Shown here: positions 27,837 to 40,880 of the stretch, one piece after another
Position numbering within the stretch: position 1 is the first letter of the stretch
Layout of the letters: each line of letters starts with the position of its first letter
NCBI GenBank assembly: GCA_028534125.1
Contig: CM052817.1
Coordinates: 63,552,001-63,616,000 of the forward strand
Reading direction: 5' to 3'
Length of the DNA stretch: 64,000 bases
Source of the DNA: Lama glama
Lineage: Eukaryota
Translations under genes and position numbers: made by a program
Notes under the pieces: generated by a model
The model's database searches: none
What the model saw: the letters and a program-made list of their open reading frames with translations, nothing else
Told to the model about the DNA's origin: nothing

Positions 27837-29689
27837 GTCTAGACTGTAGCAGGAATAAACTTGAAGGGCATCTCTATGAATTTGATCTACTGCACCAATA
27901 AGTAGTCTAATGATATTTTAGATACAAAACTTTATATTGTATTGCTTTAATAAGTCATTTTCTGTTTAGCATCTGGAGTTCCCTAATAATACAATCTCAG
28001 TAAGTTCCTGAAATATAATGCCACTTAGTGGTATGTATACTAAAATGAAAAGGAGTTTCTGTATGGACTACGATAACATCAGATAGTTCACATCCAGTCC
28101 CTTCTAAAAATCAAAGTCAAGACCACTGTCATAGTCATTATTATATACTCAGTGCTTAACCCATAAATCAGTATCTATTAACTATTTATCTATTCTTAGT
28201 GTAAACTCAAAAAATCCTAAATGTCAATGAGATGCAATCTACATAACTGACTAAAGCATGGCATTAATTTTTAGATTATTTAGTATTAAAAAAGATAAGT
28301 TAATTAAAAGAAAGTCTGTCACCTTCACCTCATTAAGGTAACTCTTCTATCTTGGTATCAAAGGTAAATGAAAAGCAGACTTTATAAAAATGAAAATGTA
28401 ATGGCTATTCTTGACCAGATTAGCACTTATTTCTAGAGGCATGCAGACTGTCCTCTACTGTAATCTCTTAATTACTACTTGGGGCCATAAACATAACCAA
28501 TCTTTAGAAGAGAAATGCAAATATATTGCTTCAAAGACAGAAAAATATTATCTGGTCCAGAGAGTCTGTGTGACAGTTAAATTATGGACTGTAAAAATGT
28601 AGCAGCCATATGATTCAGTGAGAACAAGTGAGCACACTTACCATTTAGAAGATTCTACTTTGCTGCCTGGGCGTATTTGTTTGGTTTTTTGTTTTATAGT
28701 AGAAGCACTTTCTCTCTTAATTGGGAAAGGATTTGGTAGAGTGACATTAAATGTTCTTTTCAGAACGGAATGTCTTAAAAATGGACTGAGCTGTGGATAT
28801 GCAAACAAGAATAGCATATTTTACTTATATCATTCATGAACTTTGAAAATGTATTATTTTACATAAATCAATGAACTCATTAACGTAAATAACTTGCAAC
28901 TTATCAACACTATTCATTAATAACTTACACATTTAGACTCCTAGGGTTAATATCTATAGATGTACTTAAAAGTGTAAAAAAAAAAAAATACTAATCATGA
29001 GGTTAACTAAAATATGTTTAATAGTTTTGCCAAAAAAGTATACATATTTGAGACAGACAAAAATCTTTGGTGAAATCTTAACCATTAAAAAAAAAAGAAA
29101 TATATAGTTTTTACATATGTTAATATCAAATAATTTTATTCTCAAAATAAATTTGCTTCCAATGAAGGTACATATTGATTTCCTAGATGTGCCTTCTCTC
29201 AACATTTATCCTTTCAACAAATATTTATTAAATGCTTATCTGCCCAAAACTATCTTATTATCTTTAGTACCGTGAACATAAAGTAACAAAAATCCATTTA
29301 CATTCACCATTCACATACCAATAAAACTGAGAAAGACAAATTTTGAAACAACTCTAAAAAGTAAAACAAACACAACAACCCAGTGTCTAATTTACAACTG
29401 CTGTGAGAAATGTCCACTAAATCTCTTGCCAAAAGAAGATAATTGATGAACAAAATTAATGGAATATTCTTCACCCGATATGGACTGAGTGCCTTCTATG
29501 TGACTGATACCAGTCCTAACATAGCCCTAATCAACACTTATCCCTTTTTCTCATGCCCCTCTCCTAAACATTGTATCACAGGATATACAGAGAAGTTGGG
29601 AATTGAGATGAGTAGTTTATAAGTACATATTTTTGAGAATACTGCATTCATAGATTTATAGTGTTTCATTGTAGACATGTGATAGGATG

Positions 29690-30150
29690 ACAGTTACAGG
29701 TTTAGAGTCAGTTTTATGAAGGGTAATTAATAGATCTCAGTGAAAATTTGGACTTGGACACTTAAAATTTCTGCAGCCTTTGGAAGGCTGTCTCCCCTTT
29801 CTGAACATGAGTTTCCTCATTTTTCAAATAGAGTCAAGGCTATCCACCTTATACAGACTTTCTGGGCATATTAATTGAATTAAAGTATGTAAAGTAGTCT
29901 TTGTTCTTGAGAGGCAATATAGCTTCATGGTTAAAAGCATAGGCTTTCCATGGATTGGAACCCCACCCTTGTTATCTGCTTTCTGTGTGTCCATAAGCAA
30001 CTTACTTAACCTCTCTGTGCTTTGGTTTTCACATATGGAAAATGGGAATGATACAATACTACCTAATTTGTAGCATTGTTTTGGGAAATAAATGAGTTAA
30101 TATGTTTAAAGCATATCAGGCCTGGTATATCAACATCATTAAGTAAATAT
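29690..30150 (+). mobile_element. Two adjacent MIR relics
   Basis: 'tctgaacatgagtttcctcatttttcaaat' and 'gcaacttacttaacctctctgtgctttggttttcacatatggaaaatggga'. Confidence 0.75.
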
Positions 30151-30151
30151 C

Positions 30152-30203
30152 AATAATAATAATAATAATTATTATTATTATTATTATTATTACTACTACT
30201 ACT
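30152..30203. repeat. (AAT)n(ATT)n(ACT)n compound microsatellite containing a perfect palindrome at 30152-30185
   Basis: Seen directly. Confidence 0.9.
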
Positions 30204-30260
30204 TGTATAGTGTCCCTCAAAAGTAAATATTTGCCTCCAGTTAGTTAAAAATAAATTTTC

Positions 30261-31206
30261 TCATACAAAGAGATGGAAAGATAGCCTGTGTAAATGCATT
30301 TGAAGAATTAATATTGTTAAAATGTCCATACTACCTGAAGCAATCTATAGATTTAATGCAACCCCTATCAAAATACCCATGATACTTTTCACAGAACTAG
30401 AACAAATAATGCTAAAATGTATATGGAGCCATGAATAGCTAAAGCAATCTTGAGAAAAAAGAACAAAGTTGAAAGTATCACACTCCCTGACTTCAGACTA
30501 TACTTATAAAGCCACAATAATCAAAACAGTATGGTACTGCCACAAAAACATACATGTAGATCAATAGAACAAAATAGAGTCTAGAAATAAACCCCATTCA
30601 CTTATGATTGATTAATCTACAACAAAGACAGTAAGAATACACAGATGAGGAAAAGACAGTCTCTTTAATAATTGGTGCTGGAAAAACTGAATGGTTACAT
30701 GTAAAAGAATGAAATTAGAACACTCTCTAACACCATATACAAAAATAAACTCAAAATGGATTGAAGATCTAAATGTAAAACTGCAAACCATGAAGCTCCT
30801 AGAAGAAAACATAGGCAGAACATTCTTTGACTTAAATCACAGCAATATATATATTTTTTTGATTTGTCACCTAAGGCAAAGGAAACAAAAGCAAAAATGA
30901 CAAATGGGACCAAATGAAACTTAAAGGCTTTTGTACAACAAAAGAAACCATCAACAAAATGAAAAAACCTAAGGAATGGAAGAAAATATTTGCAAATGAT
31001 GAGACTGACAAGGGATTAATATCCAAAGTATACAAAAAGCTCATACAACTCAGTATCAAAAAAACCAAACAACCCAATCAATAAATGGGCAGAAGACCTG
31101 AAAAGACGTTTCCCCAATGAAGACATGCAGATAGCCAACAGATAGATGAAAAGGTGCTCAACATGGCTGATGGTTAGTGAAATGCAAACCAAAACCACAG
31201 TGAGGT
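30261..31206 (+). mobile_element. 5'-truncated LINE-1, 5' half (ORF2 C-terminal region)
   Basis: ORF 30691..30900 ([27 protein letters not shown]); ends abruptly at aaaaccacagtgaggt; left flank TAAATTTTC at 30252-30260. Confidence 0.9.
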
Positions 31207-31324
31207 TTTTGCAGGGGAGACACATGATGGATTGTCTCTGGGAAATATCTGCTGGTGTCTATCCCAACATCTCCACCCTGGTGGGTTACTTCACTTCCCT
31301 CATCAAAACCTCCAACATTAAAGA

Positions 31325-31430
31325 GGGGAGGGTATAGCTCAATGGTAGAGTACATGCTTAGCATACATGAGGTCATGGGTTCAATCCCAGTATCTCCATT
31401 AAGAAACAAACAAACATAAGCCCCCCCCCC
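31325..31430 (+). mobile_element. tRNA-derived SINE (camelid Vic-1-like)
   Basis: ggggagggtatagctcaatggtagag...ggttcaatcccagtatctcc: A box at ~31335, B box at 31378-31388; same family as 12149-12280. Confidence 0.9.
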
Positions 31431-32959
31431 AAAATCTCCCATGTTGTAGGAATAGATTACATTTTGTTTATTTTTTCTATTGGGTTGGGTATGGGGGTAA
31501 TTTCCGTTTGGGGCTCTGACTAGTAATATGGCTATGACCATTTTTGTTCACATCTCTCTGTTCTACACATGTCTGCATTTCTGTTGGGTGTGTACCTGGG
31601 AGTGGAATTGCTGGAGGTGTTTGTTTATTCATCAGATGCTTTATTTCTTTACACTTTATGTTACTGTTGTATCAAAGTAGCCAGCAAAGTTCCTGGTGTA
31701 TCCCAGGAACCTGCTACATATTTGTGAGGGGATAAATATATGATGGTAGAATCTCAAAGCTGCAGGTGGTTTTAGATTATCAAGGAATCCAACCCTCTGG
31801 TTATTATGGTTTATGTATCAAATGTTGGTGAATTATTCCTTGATTGGCATTTTGCCTCCCCAAATCGCACTATTAAACACAATGCTGATGGGACTACCTC
31901 GCCGTGCATATACCAAATTGGCCTGATTCTCGTAGAATCTGCTCTGTGTAGGCCTACTATCTAAATGCATTATATATATTCTGACTCACCCTGTCTGGGC
32001 ATTTCTTTTCCCTTCACTTTTTTATGACTTCACATTTAGGGGTAGTGTCTGGCATTCTTTCCCAAGCTTGTCCATCCCCCACCAGCATGAGACTCTGACA
32101 GGCTATAAATTCATCTCAGTTCTGTCCAGAGGTGTAGGACCTTGGGCCATGTCTCAGTTCTCCCAGGGAGAAATGTGTTCCACACCCTCTGAAGGAAGTA
32201 ACTTCAAAAGATGGCCAATTTTTCAACAGGGTGCTCCGGCAGTGGTCAGGCCCAGCTCCAGAAAACTCCCCAGAGAGACCAAGATGGCTAGGGGAAAGAA
32301 GTAATATTGGAGAATAACCGTCCTCCAGACCCCTGCAGGCATTTTACTTATCTGCTCAGGTGAGAGGTGAAACTCTAGCACTTTTTACAAAGGAGAAAGC
32401 TGATCTTAGGAAGTAACCAGTCACACGCATGCCTGGGAAGTAGCCGGGCTGCAAATTGATCTGCTCCCTCTGGCTGCAAGAGTCCTGGTTGTATGGCTCT
32501 TAGAAGTAAATTTCCAAACTCAGTTTATTCCAGCCAGACAGTGCAAGAGCCTTGCTTCCAAAGGGAGTGTTTCTCTTGGGGTTTGAATAAAATGGCGATA
32601 GATTTTGAAACCTGTTGGAGAAGCTGAGATGGTTGAAAATCCAGCCTGATTTTCCTATTTGATTGAAATCCAGCACATAGGTCTTGAACAATGCTTCGTA
32701 CTACCTCCGGGTATGTGAGAGATTTAGTTTTCCTGTCAAAATGAGCAGAGGAGACAACAGGCATTTAGTCCCCAGGGGGCAGGGATGCTAAATAGCTTGC
32801 AATGCTCAGGGATGGTACAATTCAGTACAGACTTGTCCCTCCCAAATGCCAGCAGGTAAACACTGATAGTTTAGCGACTTCATCCTGGTAGATCTGGTTA
32901 TAGGAACATCATAGTCATGAAGGCATTTTAAACTAAAATGAACAGATCCAAGTTTTGTG

Positions 32960-33148
32960 GGACTCATATAATTGGGGATAGGTGTTGGGAGAGGCTCTGT
33001 AAGAGAAAGGACGTAGATGCACCTTACTTTTGCAATCATTATAAAAATGTGACCATGTGAAAAAATTGCAAAGGTCCTTCACAGAGGAGGGGCCCTGGGG
33101 CTAAAGCATTTCAGTGTTGGTGCTCCTGGTGGTAAATTTCGCCCGTGG
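32960..33148. mobile_element. hAT MER91-like relic (inside the insert)
   Basis: 'aaaaatgtgaccatgtga...ggggccctggggctaaagc...ggtaaatttcgcccgtg'. Confidence 0.5.
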
Positions 33149-33533
33149 CTTTTACTGAGTCTCAAAGGTTTCGTCTTCTCTTTTTCAGTGCTTTCCAAAT
33201 AGTATGTTATTTCAGTTTTGATTTCCTCTTTCATCTCAAGGTTATCTGGATGTTTCAAGTATCTAAGAGTTTTTGGTCACCCTTTTATTCTTTATGCCTA
33301 ATTTTATGGATTGTGATTCAAGAATGTGATTTTCAAAAATGATTCCCTTTTTTGTGATCAAGTTAGTACATGATGATTTTGTCAGTGTTCTGTGTATACA
33401 CAAAATAATGTACATTGTCTAGGGGATGTGAGCTTTATATCTTAACAACTAAATTAGGTGAGTTGACTGTTGTATTTAATTTCTCCATGTCTTTTTTTAA
33501 AAATTGAAGTACACTTTAATTAAAAAAAAGAAA

Positions 33534-34338
33534 AACAACACAGTGAGGTATCACCTCACACTGTCAGAATGGCTATCATCAGAAAGTCTACAAATAACAA
33601 ATGTTGGCCAGGAATGTGGAGAAAAGGGAATCCTTGTACACTGTTGGTGGGAATGTAAATTGGTGCAGCCACTTTGGAAAACAGTAGGAAGGCTCCTCCA
33701 AAAACTAAAATTAGAACTACCATATGATCCAGCAATTTCATTCCTGGGTATATACTGAAAGAAGAGGAAAACACTAAATTGCAAAGCTGCATGTACTCCA
33801 ATGTTCATAGCAATATTACTTGTAATAGCCAAGATATGGAAGCAACCTAAGTGTTCATCAACAGATAAAGAACAAACAAAATGTGGTGTACACACACACA
33901 AACACACTGGAATACTATTCTGTCATAAAAGGAATGAAATTTTGCCATTTGTAACAACTTGGATGGACTTGGAGGGTATTATGTTTAGTGAAATAAGTCA
34001 GATAAACACATACTGTATATCATGTATATATGTAATCTAAGAAATGAAACAAACTGGTGAATATAACAAAAAAGAAACAGACTCCCAGATAGAGAGAACA
34101 AACTAGTGGTTACCAAAGGGGAGAGAGAAGGGATGAGGGACAAGATAGGGGCAGGGGATTAAGAGGTACAAACTAGTATGTAAAAAATAAATAAGCTACA
34201 GGGATATATTATACAGCACAGGGAATATAGCCAATATTTTATACCTTTAAATGGAGTATAATCTATAAAAATATTGAACTGCTAGGTTGTACACCTGAAA
34301 CTAATATAATATTGTAAATCAACTATACTTCAATTAAT
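33534..34338 (+). mobile_element. LINE-1 3' half (ORF2 end and 3'UTR), continuation of 30261-31206
   Basis: ORF 33504..33758 (VRYHLT...[23 protein letters not shown]); ends 'gtaaatcaactatacttcaat'; right flank TAAATTTTC at 34339-34347 matches 30252-30260. Confidence 0.9.
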
Positions 34339-34944
34339 TAAATTTTCATTCTGATAGAGAAGCATGAAGCAGGGCAGCTGGAATTAGCCCTCAGTGTGGT
34401 GGTCTGCAAAAACACTGGAAGTTTGTTGGGATACATGACTCCAGCAGGATAAAATTAAAATGAAGTTATTTCCACAATCAGATGACAGAGAGCAGTCAGG
34501 GCAATTCACACATCCTGCTATCAGAAAATGCAGATTTTTCATAGATCTCCTCTTTTAAATGCATGAGGAAAACAAATATATTTATACAATTCCTATAAAT
34601 ATAATGCAGCCTAAAGGAAAATAACAATAATCTGAATAACAGAGTAAAGGAAAAGCTCTAATATTTATTTAAAATATGAACAAATAAGAGTTTCAGAAAA
34701 AATATAATAAAATTAGAACTAAATAGGCTTCAGGGATAAACTCTCAAACAGTCAAAAATCTAAAAAGAGCATTTTAAGTAACTACTGAATTAAAGAGAAA
34801 TACAAATGTAAATACAAGTGCTTATAAAATAATACAAAAGAACAATGAACCAGTGTTCATAGAATTACCCCCAAAGCTGTAATACTAATCTAAACTGTTC
34901 TATGATTTAAGAAAGGAAGACTGGGGCAATTCCATTTATTGCCC

Positions 34945-36060
34945 CTTCCTTTCAATTATTCTATGAGTGGATATCAAGTCCCTATAATAGGCCAATCACT
35001 GTACTAGGGTCTAATAATAAAATGGTCAAAAAAAAGACAAAATTCCAGGCCTTCTAAAATCCACTATCAATAAAATAATTTTAAAATCAGTGATAAGAAC
35101 TCTTAAAGAGGCACACAAAGACAAGTAAGATTTGACCAAGTAAAGGCAATCAAATGGTTCACTAAGGAATCGGTGATTGAACTGAAGTCTGAAGGACGGA
35201 CAGAACTTATCTAGGCAATGGTGATGGGGGAGATGGTGGGCGGTACTCCAGGCTCAGCGATCAACATAAGCAAAGACCCTGTAGCATTTTCTAGTAACTG
35301 AAAGAACACCAGTGGAACTGGAATAGAACAGGAATCATTAGAAATGATGCTGTAGAGGTAAGTAAGCCAATATAAGGAGTCTTTATGATGAAAGCAATGA
35401 GAGACCAGTGAAGTTTATTAAAAAGAGGGTGAGAGATGATTTTGGAAAGATCATTCATTACTGTATTTTGCATCAATGTTTTTATTATGTAAACACTGAA
35501 TATCATATGTAAATTTATATAATTAAATAATTGTGTATCTCTAATTTCAGTGAGAATGATTTGTTTATATTTTCTTAAATAAGAATTACTCAGCAAGAGA
35601 TTTTTCAGGTTATGGTTACCTTCTGGAAGCAGGGAAGTCTGTATTCTGAGGGTCAGAGAAGAATGGGTTAAAGAAAAAAACTTGTAGGTTTTCTGCAAAT
35701 AGACCACAGAGATTATAGCACAAGAGAAGGGCCCAGGGTAAAGTTTATGGAGCCAAATTCATGGGGAAAGATACAAAAGATATAAAAACAGAGCAGGTAG
35801 AGATGTAGGTGGAATATCAGAGTAGTTTGTCAGACAAGCCAAGAAAAGAGTTTTCCAAGACTTCAACACTGCTGAGAAATCTAATATTAAATGGAATGAA
35901 AATGTTCTTCATATTGAAAGAAAAGTATACTGATTAATTTGGTTGAGGTGAAATAAAGTGGTGTAAATCAGATTAGAGGAAACTAAGAGGAAAGGAAGCA
36001 GAGCAGCAATGAGAAAATTTTTCAAGAAGTTAACATCAAAAAATAGAAAAAAAAGAAAGA
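34945..36060 (-). mobile_element. L2 LINE relics
   Basis: 'ttcaattattctatgagtggatatcaagtccctata...ccaatcactgtactaggg' and purine-rich L2-like body. Confidence 0.5.
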
Positions 36061-37499
36061 AAAATAACCAGAGAAAAAGAGCCTATAAGCTAATATTTCC
36101 AATTTTAGGGTTTTTTTTTTTTAATGGAAGAGGTTTGAAACTAAAGACAAGGGGAATCCCCCTGTTAATGAGAGTAACAGCATAAGTGATAGGCTATGGA
36201 TTTTATCCTCTATTGGTAACTAAGATACTTGGAGATATTGGTGTTAGATAGGAAAAAGTAAGTGATTCTGTTGTCGCAGTTGGAAAGGATTATACAATAA
36301 ATCCAGAGGTATGTAAGTTTATGAATTAAAATGTAAATGAGACTTTTAATTTTGTTTGTTTTTCTCTAAAGCTGGCATCAAGTGTTCCCCCTACTCAAAT
36401 TCCCAGGGAAATGGCCAAGGAGATACATGAATGATTAGGGGAAATCCCGTGTTAATGTTGAAAAACAGGGATAGGACATTTCTCTGCTGAAATTTTCAAA
36501 GAATTACTGTTAGATACAATAGTGAGGGGAGTGATCTGAAGGGCTGATTCAGGCTTCCTATCTCCCATCCTCAACCAGCTTCCAAGGAAAAATACTCACT
36601 TCAGGAAGTTGAAATTTTGTTAGTCTCAACCTAGAAATGATGAAGTAGTGTAGTATCACTGAAGGTGGAATACTGGCGTCAATACAGTTTTGAGAGGCCC
36701 CTCGTTTCAATCCTGGTGCGGCACACACAGCAAACTTAGATGTGAGCACGGTCAACTTTGTTTCTGACAACAGGAGCCAGACAAAGCTGAGATAATAGCG
36801 TGTCTGAATCTGGGCACCAGGGAAGTAGAAGTGGAGTGGAGGCATCAGGCTTTCTTTAGAGCAGAGGAAAGAAACGAAACTATTCTAGTGGCAATTCTCT
36901 CTTACAGCCTTTCCCTGAAGGCTTCTGGATCTGACAGGGTCTGAAATTGAAGGTCTATCTGACAGAGATTTGGGGAGGGGTGGGAGATGGTACCAGATAC
37001 TATAAAATAATATAAATCTATCATACTTAATGTGGTTCGAGCCCCCAAATAAGTGTTAAACTTAAAGTAAACACAGGCATTTAGCATATGGTAAAACTGG
37101 CATTTCAAGTCAACAGGAAAAGGGTGTATTCAAAGGTGTTCGGTATTGGAATAATGAGATTTGTAAATAACTATATATTATATCTTCACATTACGGGCTC
37201 ATGTAAATTTAATTTTTTTTTTGAAAAATGGAACATTAGAATAAATAGAAGAAAACACAAGTGTATATAGCAGGTCTAGAATTTTATTTTTAGGAAATCA
37301 TCCTGATTCTTCACAAAATGGTATCTGAGATGATACTTATTATATTGTTTTATATAATAAGAATGCTATAAAGTCTTTTAAATTTTCTAGAAAGAACATC
37401 TGATAACGTTTTATCAATTATTCCCAATATAGCAAAACATAGAGTGGTCATTTTATAAAATTACATGTGTGATTCTAAAATGTGGCTACCATTCACTAT

Positions 37500-39035
37500 G
37501 AAAAAATGTCCAACTTCAAGACTTACCATGTATTACAACTGACATAGTAATCAAGATAATGTGGTATTGGTGAAAGAACAAAGAGATACATGAATAAAGC
37601 CCAGGAAAAGATCCACACAAATGCAGTCAATTGATCTTTGACAAAGGAGCAAAGACAATACAACAGAGCAAAAATTGTCTTTTCTACAAACAGCACAAAT
37701 ACACACAAAATGAATCTAAATACAGACCTTACTCCCTTCACAAAAATTATCTAAAACTGGATCATAGACCTAAATGTAAAATGCAAAACTGTAAAACTCC
37801 TAGAGGATAACACAGTAGAAAACCTAAATGACCTTGTGTTTGGCAATGACTGTTAGTTAACACCACCAAAGGCATAACACATGAAAGAGATAACATAAAT
37901 TAGCCTTAGTTAAAATGAAAAACTTCTGTTTGCAAAATACACAATCAAGAAAATGAGAAGACAAACCACAGATAGGCAGAAAATATTTGCAAAAGATGTA
38001 TCTGATAAAGAACTATTATCCAAAACATACAAATAATTCTTGAAATTGAATAAACTGATTTTAAAATGGGCAAAATGTCTAAACATATCTCAGAAAAGAA
38101 GATATACATATAGCAAATAAGCATATGAAAAGATGCTCAGTGCCACATGTCACTAGGGAATTAAAGACTAAAACAATGAGATATACCACTACACATCTAT
38201 CAGAATGGTCTAAATCTCAAACACTGACAACACCAAATACTGATGAGTATGTGGAACAAGAACTCAAATTCACTGCTTGTCAGAATGTAAAGTATGTTTA
38301 CTTTGGAAGAGTTTGGTGGTTTCTTACAAAACTAAACTTATTTTTACTATACAGTCCGCGTGAGCTGTATCTACCCAAATGAGTTGAAAACGTTTGTCTA
38401 CTAAAAAACTTCCCCACAGATGCTTATAGCAGTTTTATTCATAATTGCCAAATCTTGGAAGCAACAAAGATAACCTTCAGTAGGTGAATGGACAAATACA
38501 CTGTGGTACACCCAGACAATGAGATATTATTCAGTGCTAGAAAGAAATGAGCTATCAAGCCATGAAAAGCTTTTGAGGAACCTTAAATGTGTAATACTAA
38601 GTGAAAGTTGCCTAGCTTAAAAGACTTCATATTGTACAGTTCCAACTATGACATTCTGAAAAGATACAACTATAGATACAATAAAAAAGTGAGAGGTTTC
38701 ACAGGGTTAGTGGAGGCAGGGTGAGGACGGATAGTTGGAACACAAAGGATTTTTAGAGTAGTAAAACTATTCTATATGTTATTATAATGCTGGATACATG
38801 TTATTATACATGTGTCCAAACCCAGAGACTGTACAACACCAAGAGGGAACGCTAATGCAAACTAGAAACTTCAAGTGATAATGATGTGTTGGTGTTGTTT
38901 CACCAGTTGTAATAAATGTACCACTGCAGTGGGGGTGTTAATAGTGAAGGAGGCTGGGTGGGGCAGTGAGTATATGGGAACTTTGTATTTTTCACTCCTG
39001 CTATGAACATAAAACTGCTCTAAAAATATTCTTTT
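37500..39035 (+). mobile_element. LINE-1 3' portion (L1MC-like)
   Basis: ORF2 C-terminal remnant (ORF 38125..38382 MKRCS...MRY) and L1MC-type 3'UTR 'tgtacaacaccaagagggaac...gtaataaatgtaccact'. Confidence 0.85.
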
Positions 39036-40329
39036 AAAGATGTGGAGTGATTCTGACATTTATCTGAAAGAATAGACAAGATAGATTGGTAAATTTTTTA
39101 AAATAATAATAATGAGGATAAACTTGCCCTGTTATAAATTAAATCATTTCAATAGCCTTAATGATTAAAACAGAAATATACTGGTATGCTACTGACAGAC
39201 AGATTTTTGTGTGGAAACAACTTTTATCGAACTCAAATGTTACCAAGTCTTACATTTTCCACCCTAACTCTTACTTGTCAAACATGATTAATTCATCCTA
39301 CTGGACTATATTTAATATAATTTCATGTCATATTCTTTAATATAAGTTAAATAAAAATACATTCATAATTAATTATTCAAGAATGTATCTATTTGTTATT
39401 ATCACTGAAAATACAAACTTTGATGCCGCGGATGATATGCAACATAAAATAAATGGTTAAAAGCCATTAATACTGCAAATAAATTGCAGAAGAACAGGAA
39501 ACAAGTATATGAAGAGACAGCTTAGTTTTGAAAAAGACTAAGCTACGTGATGAAGAAGTGACAATATCTAAAGAACTAAACTTTAGTACTCATTTTATCA
39601 TCAGAAAAAAAATGAAGTCTTAACTATGCAAAAACATCTTCTAATTAACAACTTGCTTTTTCTTAAATCATATGCAAATGGGAGAAGTAAAAAGACTGCC
39701 ATCTTGGTTATATGGAAATAAAAACATTTATTTTGTATTCCAAGCATTTTCCACCTGAAGTTAGAATGAATATGAAATGGCTCTTAAGTGTATTTGATCT
39801 GCATTGAAACTATGTTCAGATTGTAGCTTTCAGAATATAAAAATATCTGAAACTATTTGTCTGCCACAAAGAGTCGTCTAATGTCCATTTAGACTTTTTA
39901 CATTATGTACTCTATGGTCTGCAAAACTGATTTAAAATTAATCTGAACTAAAGAACAATTTATACATGCCATTTCATTGAAATTATGATAAATGTGTTTC
40001 AAATTTGAATTGCAATTGAAATAAAATCAATACAACTTAAAAGCTATATGTTTTCTTTCTCAAACTCATAACGAAATAAAAGCTAAAATGACTGTATTGT
40101 AATTTGCCATGTTTATAGTTTTCATTGAATTTGTAAATAATATGGTACATATTAATTATATGAAAGAAAACATAGTGCCCAAGACGTTTTAGTTACAACG
40201 AATCATTAGGGTATTTTTATTCATATGTTTGGTAGGATGGCAACCATTATATTTTTCCGGGGGTGATGAATGTCTTTTCAAGCCACTGTGGGATATTAAA
40301 AAAAAAAAAAGCATAACATCGTTCACTGT

Positions 40330-40880
40330 CAGAGAAGGCTGAAAGGATAATGGCTGATAACTTTTCTACTACTGATTAGAAGTACGCATTTAGAAGAGAG
40401 AATAAACAAATACTGAAACTAAGTTTACTAAATGGCTTCAGAAAGGTCAATGTCTTGAAAGACAAGAAGACTGAGGAGCAGTTATAGATTAAAGGAAACA
40501 TGATGATTAAAGGCAACAGATGATTCTGGATACAGAATATTATTAGATCAATTAGAAAAAAGTAGAATAAGGACTGTAATAATGTAAAATTTCCAGGATT
40601 TGATCATGTTTTGTTGTTATGTAAGAGAGTATCTTTGTTAGAAGATATGTACTGAAGTATTTAAAGGTGAAAGACTACAATATTTGCTAGATTCAAATGG
40701 CTCCATAATAATATATTCCTCGACAAGAATAATAATGTGAAATATGTGTGTACACATGTGAGAGTAAGTGTGTGAGACAGAAAGATAAAAAGACCAGGAA
40801 CAAGAGTGCAAATGATGCGATATGCTAACTGGTTTATCAACGTTTGAATTTTTCTCAAAATAAACGTTGAAACAAAACTT
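40330..40880 (+). mobile_element. Old L1ME-like 3'UTR relic
   Basis: 'gtcaatgtcttgaaagacaag...tagattaaagg...tgttatgtaagagagtatc...actgaagtatttaaagg'. Confidence 0.55.

Larger units (their letters stand above)
31207..33533 (+). mobile_element. ~2.3 kb non-L1 insert with A-rich tail and TSD inside an L1 (candidate orphan transduction or retrotransposed RNA)
   Basis: Flanked by AAAACCACAGTGAGGT (31191-31206) and AACAACACAGTGAGGT (33534-33549); preceded on the right by TTAATTAAAAAAAAGAAA; L1 sequence resumes exactly in register. Confidence 0.7.

Noticed and set aside
31325..31400. tRNA-like sequence with A and B boxes
   Set aside because: Head of a SINE: it has a SINE tail, a second copy at 12149-12280, and no convincing cloverleaf.
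35291..35707. 138-aa minus-strand ORF
   Set aside because: Lies in L2/low-complexity AT-rich sequence with no recognisable domain.
36638..36770. ATGATGA...CTGA, C/D snoRNA-like boxes
   Set aside because: No terminal stem or recognisable guide; these boxes occur often by chance (similarly near 24741).
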